DNA of 64,000 bases from Catajapyx aquilonaris (lineage: Eukaryota). Under the pieces are notes generated by a model. It worked only from the letters and a program-made list of their open reading frames with translations, did no database searches and was not told the origin of the DNA. The position numbers and the translations under genes were made by a program. Below, piece after piece: positions 52,954 to 64,000 of the stretch. Position 1 is the first letter of the stretch, and each line of letters opens with the position of its first letter. The stretch is taken from the NCBI GenBank assembly GCA_000934665.2, contig KZ538363.1, forward strand, positions 1 to 64,000, read 5' to 3'.

Positions 52954-55900
52954 AAAATAAAACAACAACATACATGGCTCAAAATTGTCATTACCTTGCG
53001 TCTCCTTCTCATTGTTGACTATATACTTCTTATATGCTGGAAACTGTGATGAGTGTCGTATATGGACTTAATTGGTTCGAAAAGACATTTTGGTTCACCT
53101 TGTAGATATCGCTTTGCAATTGAGAGTTCAGGTGAAACACAACGGCCGGAAATGCCTCATTTCCCAGCTGCTTTACGGCGTTTTTTCTTTCTTTCTTTCT
53201 TCTTGTTTTTTCCACGACTTGGTCTCAGCGTGTAGTCCAGCATACGCACAATGCTTGATTTCCCAGCATGGTAGGCAATAATACGGGGCTATAAACTTGT
53301 TGCTGAGGGTTATACGTACTTCACATTTTATTTTGTTTGTGCCCGCCGCGACGTGTTCCAGCCGTGTTTTGCCACTTTCACGCTCTCAGCTGCTAATTTG
53401 TTATGAGGATCGGATTTGCACACTTTTGATGTCGGGTTTGCACGGAAATTACCCCCAAAGTAATACTACGCCTTTTTTTTCAAACTATTGTCCAAATCTC
53501 GTCAGGTTGTTGTCAACATATTTTCCAAGTCTCGTTAGAAAGCCTGTCGGTGTTATAAGCGGGCAGGAACATTTCCTTGAGCTCACCTGAGCCAAGGCGC
53601 TGGAGCCACCTATTGCCAGCTCTCGAAAGCAACAATCTTCGGATCAGCGTTTTTCAGTGTTTTTGATGCTTAGAAGTGAGTGGCACCTCATCAAAAAATG
53701 TCGTTTGTCAAAATAGGGTACGACAGGCGAGGGACGGTTGGGTCAAGGTTGATGGACGTAACCGACTTGATGAGAAGGGCACAGGTTACGCGGCTAACAA
53801 AAGGCGCTCTTTCCACCATGTTTGGACCAGGTTTGTAAATCTGGAACAAAATGACAGGTCCCTTCCATCCCCATGTTAATTAATCTTACTTCACCATGAG
53901 ACACACTTCTGCAAAGTCATCCGGTATGGGAGAGACGACTTCAGAAGAGAGAGAGAAAAAAGGATCCTTTTCTTCATCTCCGTGAAGGTGATAAACACCA
54001 TCAGGAGCTCTACGTGTCACTTATTTCGGCTTACAAATAAGGGGGAGTCGGCCATGTTTACAACCGAAAATCTAGAATAATGTGTCGGACTCCGGTCTTC
54101 GCTATTAAATACGCCGCCCGTCGAGAGAGCCCGGACCTCCCGGGTCGGAGGTCATTGTGACGTCTGTGGCACCTGCGACTGGGGATACTTGGTCATGGAT
54201 GTAGGGAGCTTTTGACCACATGCAGCGCAATCACCGCCAGTAAGTGATCCATACGCTAAACGACAGATGTCACTCTGAAACAAGCACGTGTCAGGGGTAA
54301 CGCAAACTTTATATTTTAAAAAGTCTGCAAGCAGTTATAATTTCCACATAGGACAAAAGCGGTGGTCAGACGTGCAGGTGATGGTGACAACTTGGTGACG
54401 AGCTGACCCCTTGAAGGGTGTGGGAAACAATAGTCAGCATATACCCCCAATCAACCGGCGACAATTTACCGGCGAGTTTAGCGAGCGTCCCGAACTAATC
54501 TTGCTGCAATTAGTTGTTCCAATGGGAGAGGCGTTCAATCAGGAGGGGCCAAGGAGGCAGAAAATTTAATTCCAGGTTCTTGTGTGTGCTGGGCTTACAC
54601 ATCAGCTGAATGGAGGTGCGGAGAGGCGGAAAAGTTTTGTTCCAAAAAATGAAACGTATAGTGTTGCAAAGTCTCCTGCTGAGCAGACGTGTTGTTCACT
54701 CAATTGCCAATATGGAGGAAACACACCGCACTCGTTTCGCCAGAAAGGATGGCCTGCTTTACACTTTATAGCTTTTTAAAGTGGACTTGTAGCTACCCCC
54801 TGACGCGGAAAGTGCGGATTTTTATTGGCTGTAATGTTATTTGCACTCTTTTTGGCAACATGTAATATGGCGCAAGTCCTGCTCGCTTGTCCTTATATAC
54901 GTTCTGGCGTTTTCTGAGTGGTTGGTAGCTTTTTCTCTTGAAATGGCACCCACTATATACTTTAGGATGAAAATATGTCAATATTTTTACTCAAAAAATT
55001 ATTTCTTAAAGTTGACATAAAATTTGTATTGTTGTTTTATCGATACTGAAGAAGCAAATTCATATTATGATTTTCATTTTGAGTGGCGTTCGTTTAGGGT
55101 GCAAGAACCTCCTATAATTGGCTAATTTGCCGGTATCCACATAAACATGAGTCCGAATAAAATGAAAAGGCGTCAATTAGCGTCAATGAAAATATTTTTT
55201 GCCACCTGTACCACGCTGGTCCTACATGCTGCTTTGTAGGAATAATGACCATGGTTGAAAATAATGACTATAATTCTCTCGCCGGACACTAATTGCAAAC
55301 AGGCAGACTAGCTGAAAATAAGGCTACCACGACTTTTCCGCCCCGGCTCTTCTTTCCAAAGGAGATGAACAAAAAAAATAATCTCAAGCGTTATGGCAGG
55401 TACGCATGTTTTTGTCACACTCCAGAAAGTGTCGGTTCCATCTCAGGCTTCCGGGAGGAATACAAATGGCAGAAAGAAGGCGGGGGATATCCTTTCTAAT
55501 TTTCCGGGGCGGAAAATTCCTCGTTATATAGCAAGCCTGCATGCAATTCATTAGCCAAGGCAACACCGGGAGGAATAACACTCCACACTCCGTATACAAG
55601 ATGGCGTGCTATTCCGCCATCGTCTTTCTCAAAAAACGTGAGCTAAATCTTCAAGAAGCAGTTTGGGTGTGGGATCAAATTTAGAGGACCAGCTCTGTAA
55701 GGGATGGTTCCAGATTGTATCTATGTTTTTTTATATATAAAAAATTCCAGGATGATCCACTGCATTTATTCTCTTGTACCTGGTAATAGGTGTGTAATAT
55801 GTCAGTGTCAAATTTAATTTCGCAGTCTATACAACGTGACAGTTAGTTGGTCTTTACAGGCCGGATGTTCTTTCTTCAGTTTATTTTTCTCTACCCTGAT

Positions 55901-56962
55901 GATTGATTTTTGTATGATTATCACATTTGGAGTTGGTGGGACCAAAAAAAACTTGCATGTTTGGGCCATAACGAGATTAAAAGTCACCCCCCTTCTTTTT
56001 TAAAAAAAGATATAATCAACTAATCTATTCGGGGGCATCCTGATTTCTTTCCCAACTTTCCCACGTATAATCTAGGGTTTGAAAAAAGCACATTGTCAGG
56101 TGAGGAACTCCTTTCATCTGGACCTTTTTCTGCCATATTGCTTTTTTCTCCCCCCACCCTTCTCTCCCCAAACTTGCAGCTCAGGGAGTAGAGAGAGCCC
56201 TATAGTGCTGCGGTGCTGCCCCCTTCTCTGACCCCGTCTCCTACTGCCTTTGTATCTGTCAGGCAATTTAATAGTTCCCAGTGGGGAGTCGCCTGCCTTT
56301 CCTGATTGGACAAGATTATTGACCAGTTTTAGACGACATGGGCCCCCAAGTCCCAGTCTCGCCACCTGTAACGCAATTATAATCGGCCCACGGTAGTGCA
56401 TTCGTTCGTTTATACGCAGGTATAGACCCATAAATGACAGACAGCATCAACCACATGCACTTTGTAAGGTGTACGGTAGAAAATGCTTCGAACTGAATTG
56501 ATATCATTTTTATCAAACAGCCAGCTTGCAATGCATCTGCTGTTTATATACTGACAGGCTCATTTTAAAATAGGTTTTCATTTTATAGGTTCTAGTATTC
56601 TAGCAGGGTCGTCAGTAAAAAAACTATCCCTATATCAGTACCGTAACAAATGTGCCTTCAAACACGGTTCTGGTTTTCCTTGAACAAATTTTTTAACACA
56701 TGATAATTATATGGGACCGTATAATGCGCAGTGAAACAAAAAGCTGCGTTTTCCTTTGGCTACTGTCGTCATTTCCACAATAACACGTCAAATTATAGAT
56801 TATGGACAGCATTTTATGTACGACGGACACAACGTGTGTGCAATAGTTTAGGTCCCGCTGTTCAAACGGCACGTCCGGCTCATGAAACTGCCAAAGACTT
56901 CACATGCGTGAATGATGCAATGGCCTTTTAATAATAATTTATATGCGGGGGCGTGGCTCTCT

Positions 56963-56963
<1 letters not shown>

Positions 56964-56999
<36 letters not shown>
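56964..56999. repeat. (CA)18 microsatellite
   Basis: Perfect dinucleotide run. Confidence 0.97.
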
Positions 57000-57001
<2 letters not shown>

Positions 57002-60000
57002 TCAGTAATCAATGGAAGCCTAGTGTGCGCCTCATTTCCCACGCAGGGGGACCCGAGGTGAGTCCTCAAATAAAAGTTTTGTCCTTAGGTGCAAAACTTG
57101 TCCCGGATTTTCGATGAGACGCAATTATCGAGAGGCAAGGTCTTGCTCCGGAGTTTCCCGGGTGCGAAATTAGAATCATCTGAGTAATTTGGGTCCTCGG
57201 CACCTCAATCCCGCCTCCCCCCCGGTAAGGGGTTCTGTGTCTCACGGTGTTCCCGTGTTGTTCTTGGGATCCTCTTCGTTTCTGAGACAATGACTCCCTC
57301 CAGGTGGCCCTTTTAGCCGTCAGGAGGCAGACAAAAGAGTAGCGGGACGCCCATTAATAAAGCTCTTCGGGAGGAAAGTGAGGGAAGAAACTTTCGACTC
57401 CTCCCTCCCTTTTGATTCGCCTCCCCTAACTATCAATACGATTATATTAGAAGCTCTCACGCCTACTCTGCTGTATATATCCACCAGACGACAGGGAAAC
57501 CTGCTGGTATAAGCCCGGATAAACCGAATTCCAGCTGCCTTGGCAACAGTCAATATATTCAGCACCCTGCATATATTTTTGATGTTATTCACTCTCTCAA
57601 ACAGTCAACGAATGATTTTGTATAAAGTTAAAAAAATTCCTTCCGGATGCAGTTCCAGCCAAATGTATATAATAGCGACGGATCTATCCATTCAATGAAT
57701 ATTTATGCCAGTCCCGTACTGTACCCCTTTGCTAATTAAGATCCCAGACATGCTACGAGCCAAGAAAAAGACGCCCAACTGACGTGAAAGCCCCTTATTG
57801 GTAACAAGTCTGAATGGTATGTTATCTGCGATTAATCAGTTTGTCGACTGTCAGATGAGAACCGAGTCTGCATACATCAATGGGTGAGTACGCTTTGACA
57901 ATCCCTGCAGGGGGTTTTGGCAGCCAGCATGCCCTATAGCTCTCTTATGGTGCATGTGACGAGCGCCATCACGGATGGAAACCTGGGCTGCTGTTGGCGC
58001 CCTGGCCCCTGCGATGGCCCCACCCTTTGCACCCAGTCCCTGCTGCTGCTGCCAGCCCTGATGTATAGCTGCCCCGAGATTCAATTACGGGTCGTGAAAG
58101 AGGCCCATCCATCTCCCCTCTGGAGATGAATGCTCCACCTTTGCTTTTTCTTGCTTCCCAATCGTGCCACCAAGGAACCAACCCCTCAGTCAACCCCTCT
58201 GCTGCATTCCTTTACCTGCTGCTGCACCGTTTTTATCTCTCAGGACTGCTTATGGATGCCCATCTTTTTTCATCACTCAACGTTGGAGGAACAGACAGGG
58301 CCTACTGATTCTGCAGAAAAATGGTCACCTTCTTCCACTTGAGGACGCCAAGTGTTCCAGCAGACCTGAAATGCAATTTGAACATAATTCAACTTGTACA
58401 ATAATATTTTATAATTATAAGTCACATCATGACACTATAGGATTCCAGAAAAATGTATGTATAATTCGGATAACATGAGCCCTTCCTATCCTGCTCCTTA
58501 TGCAACCTATGTATCCTGAAAGTCCGGCGGACTCTGTGAGAAGGGAACTTCTCTAGCAATATCCCTTTCACACCACCTGCACCGTAATAAAGTGGCAATG
58601 AGTACTCATATCCTGTAAGCCTATATGGCCCCCGCCCGATATATATAAAGAAGAAGAAAAAAACCTCTGCCTTCATTTTCTGCTTGCCAATCTGAATGAA
58701 CATCTCGTTATACAGAGTTGGCCAAGTTTCGCCACGACGAGAGCTCTTTATGGAAGAAGCCAAGCCCGAGCACCGTTAATGGACGGCGTAAAGCGCTCTT
58801 TAAGTGCGCCCCCTCGCTGATTTCATAAACATGCACCTGTGGGTATGGCCTCCCCCGAGACGGTTTTTCTTCCTGGGATCTCTTCAGGTGGGGGTTGGTT
58901 GGTTGGATGGGGCTGGTTTGGGGATGGGGGGGTTGCCTGTCGACCTCCTACAAAGTCCAGTCATTGGCCTGCATTGTGACTCTTAATGAGGTTTCACACC
59001 TTTGAGAGCTGGAATCTGCGGAGCAGGTCGTCCCAATTTGAGCTGAGTGACCTTTGCCAGGACCTAATTGCGTTCCATCCATGCGAGACCCTGATGGTGA
59101 GGACTTGGGATGGTTGTCCTTGGTTTTTCCTTCTTGCTGATCCCTCCTTCTACCATCAACCTCCCTCGGCAGAAAACGCCTGTACCGTATTTAATAGGGG
59201 GGAGCTGTCGGCAGGCCCGGACAGTGACAGAGTAGGGCAAAAGGCATGCACAATCCCAGGGATATCTCTCATTCTCGGCTGGAATGCGATTACAGTTCAA
59301 TGGAGATTACACCTGACGAATGCAGATGCCCACCGTCCCAAAAATGCGCTCTGTCACTGTTGCTTCCTCTATCAGTTTCAGAAGTTGGGCAATATTGGAC
59401 GAATCATGCTTTCTGCGTATATTATTTTATATAACTTAAACAAAAATTGACAATGAAATATTACACATCTCAGTTTTTGGTGAGTTATATCAAGTGCATC
59501 GGCGTAACAAAATCAACTTTGCGCAGACGGCAGTATTATGTCCTGTTGCATTCCTCCGATTATTCTGGTGATTCTTCACTCGCAGGCAACTTCAGACATT
59601 TTCACGCTTACCTCAGTCATTTTTCACTTTCAGAGGTAAGCGCCTGAATGTGATATATCGACTTGGTTACATTCAGCAACTTTCACAGGAAACATTTTGT
59701 TTCCAACCTTGGAAAGTTTCGACACCGGCTGAATCATGGAGTACTGCAATTTCCTAACAATCATTTATCACAATAAGTGTTACTATCTGCAGCCTTTAAC
59801 GTCACGTGCAACACCTGGGTGGGTGTGTTAGCTTCATCTGGTTAAAGTACAAAACGTATATGTATTGGAGCATTCCTCTGGGGAACGAGAGAAAGAACGT
59901 GATGAATGCTGCGCCTGAGGTGGGATTAATCCGGTGGACAACAAAAGACGTTCATCCTTTGACGCCCGGTGATCTCTTTCCTTGCTTCCATCTGCTGCGC

Positions 60001-61571
60001 ATGTATAATAAATGGCTACCGAGCACCGTGTCATCCGCCTACATTAACCAAATGGGGAATTCGGGTAGCGCAATGAAGCAGCTCATTAGAATCGTCAAAA
60101 ATGAGCTCTCGCCACCCTCTGACAGCTAATATTTCACGAGCCGAAATGAACTGCTGCATCACCGTGGCGCAGATCGAACTAAAACGCGCCATTAATTAGC
60201 TGCGAAAAAATTTCTACTGCTTCTACTGCTGTTGCTGACATCACTCGACACTGTTGCAGCAGCCCCCACCATTGTCGTAAAGCACACATGCGACCTGCTG
60301 AAGTAGGCCGACAAATTACCCCGCGATTCTCCCCTCCTCTCACGGTGGCCATTAACGTCAGTGAGCACGTGATTCGCGTTTCCGAGAGAGGTGTTGGGCC
60401 TTTCCCGTATACCGTCAGTTCCCTTCGCATTTTTAGCTATTTATGGAGTTATGCTACCCATTGCTTGTATGAAGGGAAATAACTGCGGCAACGCACCGCA
60501 TGGGTGCCGCCATGTTTGGCTCGGATCAAGCTTCCGCAGGTATTTTGGGATTTCTCGTCTTGGAACGAGTAATTATTGTAGAGCGTCTGATCAGTATGTC
60601 GGAAGTTCTCAAGGGTCATGGTTGGTAAATGTCAATATGTGCTGTATATCATATTAGGCACACAAGCTATAGACACAACATGATGTTTTTCGGTGCCGAA
60701 CCAAGCGTTTCGCTCCGACTGATCTGCTCAAACAAGAGAGTGACTAACATCGGTTGCATGACAAATTTCCCAGATCCGTTGGGTAGTTGATCAGTGATAG
60801 GTGAATGAATATGCCCCATATCCCACTGCGATAATGCGTCATCCATCACGCTAAAGGAATGGTTTCGTGATGGCTAGCCTACTTCCAACATGACGCGTAT
60901 GAATCCAGCTAATAGGCAACAAATCAAAATGAATGATCGCCTTAATCTATCCCTCTCTTTTCTTATTCGGAATTTATTCTCGTAGTTCCTGGCAACAGAC
61001 AGGAGGAAGCTTCGCCATAATTGGAGCCCAGAAATCCATAAATACCCTCGCTAACTACACTCCGCTATAGTACACTGTCCTGTTTTTCCGCGCAATTTAT
61101 GGCGCCTCTCCCCAAAATCTATGATTCTGCATAAAACACACACTATGTAGGCTGCAGCTATGGCCGTGTTTGTCGCATAAATCACGGTTATGGGACCCGG
61201 GATATAATCACCCGTGTAAAGCTGAATGAAAATTGAATCCATGTTGGGAAAACTCATTTACATACGAAAAAGTGCACGCACGCACATCGTCCTTGTCTTC
61301 CCCCATCGGGTTTTGAACACACAGCATAGTGCACAAAAATAACACCCCCGACTTATCCGCATGTCCGATTCATATCGTGTATATTCCCCCTTCGGAAATA
61401 ATTGAATGCCGATATTCGATTCGTGGGGGGTACGTGGGTCGCGTTTGAGAGATGGTCGCGATTGTGTCGTGGTGTCGCCATGGCTCGCACTCTGATGTCA
61501 CCTCCTTCGAGTCCCTCAGTTGCCATAACAACCCCCGCGGAGTTTTGGTCAGGCCGCGGCGCGTGCGTGTG

Positions 61572-61640
61572 TCTTCTTCTTCTTCTTCTTCTCCTCCTCC
61601 TCTTCCATGATGCCAAAACGCCTTCTTCTTCTTCTTCTTC
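61572..61640. repeat. Interrupted (CTT)n/(CTC)n low-complexity tract
   Basis: Two CTT runs flank a CTC run. A similar short tract lies near 41595-41620. Confidence 0.8.
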
Positions 61641-64000
61641 GTCTTAACCCACCCACCCCCCCCGGTCTTTCGCCACATTCATCCTTGCTTTAGAGTCCTT
61701 TTTTTATGTGCAAGACGTGCCAGCTTCAGCGCCCGGTATGAATGGAATGTCTTTCACCATATGCAGGAATCTCTATAGGGACGCCTCAGCCTCCCCTCTG
61801 AAATGACTTGCCCAAAAAAGATCAATTTCTTTTTCACAAACTTGTTTCGCAGCTTGTCCTCCCGCTTTTTGTTCTCAAATTGTCCTGAGGCAAACTGAAT
61901 TGATTGAAAATGTTTCTTTATTTAAATTTACTTATCTATTTATTAACTTGTGGAGAACATCTTTTGCAAACTGTGCCTGCCATTTTTGCTACCCGCATAA
62001 TGCTGGATGGTTATGACCCAAATATGCGTGGAATGTCCAGAATCTGGGGTAGTATAAAAAATCAAAGGAAATCCTAAAAATAAAAAATGCGGTTGGTGTA
62101 GCTGGTTGACACAGAGCTTGGAAGAGTGGCGTGGCAGCCTCGCGTCCTCCCAGCGGGCAGCCCAAACGGCATCCCCGGAACGCGGCGTCGATCCCGACCT
62201 CACTGGATTACCTGGATAAAACCCCCAGCGCTGGATAGGATATTGCCCAGGAAGGGAGTTCGACTGAAAAAGAAAGAGAGAGGAAAAAAAAACACATACA
62301 AAGAGTATAGAGAGCGCAACGTGCGTGCTATTGAGGTGCGTGACTCCATTTGTCCCAGAAACGTGAGTGGACTTTGGATATCGCATTTTCATTGTGCTAA
62401 TTGCGGCACTACAGCCAGCCACTTGCTCGTTGTTTGAGTCCATGTTTCTCGCAGGTTGCTGACTTGAGCTCGTAATATTTATGGGAGCACTGCCGTGTGG
62501 TCTGAAAAAAAACGAGGTACATGCAATGTAAGGTCTAGATTTTCTCAACTACAATATAGTACTGCTCATTGTAGAACAATCAGGTGAATTTTTCGGTTGA
62601 AATATCTTACGTTTAGTGGATGATTTTTCCCATGCTGAAGAGATGCAGGTATTTTTCAATGAAAACATATCTCGGCGTTAACAAATGGTGGTCATGACAT
62701 AGTCTCCAGGAGAGACGGGACCACCAGGCAGCCACCAAGAATCCGCATCTCCTGAAGGTCTTGATCCAGTCTCACGCAACTTCTGTCCTTGGATCCGACT
62801 TTAGAACCGCGAACCAGTCCTGGCAAAAACATGGCAAGGCCAAGGCCGCCATTCATATTATACAGTCTGAGCAGCACCGGATCTTAGTATATATAGGGGT
62901 GCAGCATTAAGGAGGGGGACCCCAGCACATGCTTTGTTCCGGTGAGTCTCTCCAATGGCGGCTAGGCCCTGGTGGCAGCCATTATGAGTATCGCCGGGGA
63001 GCCTCCATGGGTTGCGGCAGGCATTGGCGAGCGCCAACTGCCCCCGCTGGGCTCCCCGGCCGCCGAATAAACTCTAATACCACTCGTTTCGGTCTCCCCC
63101 ACGACACCACCTCCCCAGCTTTCTCTCGCCCGCCTTGGCATTAGCACCCTGGGTACTTTAATACGCCGGTTTTTATACGGCTTTGATTAAGGCTTGCCGC
63201 TGTGTACTCGGGAGCAGTGGCACGGCAGCCGCGACCGAGGGTGGACCAGCAGACCACGGGATGCTCATCCAGGTATGTTCTGTTGGCATCTTGCTTTCCC
63301 CCTTGTAATTACACAACCCGGCCTCCAGTCTGGCAGCCATCACCCAGAAGTCCGAGGCTCTAATCGATGCCCCTTGGGGCCATCTTTCCTCTCGCGGGTA
63401 AAAGGTCAGGCAGAAGTTAGAGAGAAGCGATCGTGTAACTGTGGCGGGGCAGCTGGCCCTAATTGGGTAATTACGGGTGAGAAGCTGAGGGGCGGGTCCG
63501 GGGCGGCAAAAAGGAGGGCCTTGTGGATCGATCTCTTGAGTTATGGCCGCCATTTCTCGTGGCCCACCTCTGTATAAGTTACGGTGTGCTGTGGACTACC
63601 AAGGGGTCTTCATTTATTATATGAAAAGCGGGAGAGGCTCGAGCTTCCAGGAAATCGGCGCATTACAACGTTTTACTGAATATATTACGTGTATGTATCC
63701 GGTGAATAAGAAATTGGTGCGCTAACTTTCAACAAAGGTCCAGCCTGAAAGCATCTGGCAAAGCACTAAAACCCATGGCTCACACAATAAAGTTCGAAAA
63801 TTCTGGCAGCCCCCACATACACCACACATTGTGTAAAGTCAACTCTCCAGCGTAAAACATTAGCCCCGCAGTTCCCGGGAAAATATACTGCCCCATATAT
63901 CCCGCTCAATTACCGAGACACGCCCATAGTTAACTTTCACATTTTTTGCAAATTATGTGATCAAGCTAACCGGGGCGACAAGTATACAAGACAAATGGTT

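Noticed and set aside
1..64000. CRISPR arrays, rRNA/tRNA genes, operons, retroelement ORFs
   Set aside because: I saw no regularly spaced repeat-spacer units, structural RNA signatures, or RT/integrase/transposase motifs. The window is eukaryotic intron and intergenic DNA.

Overview
This is eukaryotic (animal) genomic DNA with one recognisable protein-coding gene, a Zic/odd-paired family C2H2 zinc-finger transcription factor on the + strand. It has two coding exons (9017-10091 and 32614-33170, 543 aa spliced), separated by a 22,522-bp phase-1 GT-AG intron between zinc fingers 3 and 4. The C-x4-C fifth finger, the EWYVCQ tail and the single intron point to a non-vertebrate bilaterian, but the species cannot be determined. 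The remaining ~62 kb looks non-coding, alternating AT-rich spacers and GC-richer motif-dense blocks as expected around a developmental regulator. It also holds one Tc1/mariner(pogo)-type MITE, several microsatellites and four N-gaps at G/C homopolymers. I found no evidence of a new multi-gene system. The best leads are a ~90-nt intronic hairpin with sense-strand G-U pairs, competing G-quadruplex/hairpin folds at the stop codon, upstream ORFs, an excess of TA-xxxx-TA palindromes resembling transposon excision footprints, and several candidate cis-regulatory modules. All motif counts were made by eye and are minimum values.
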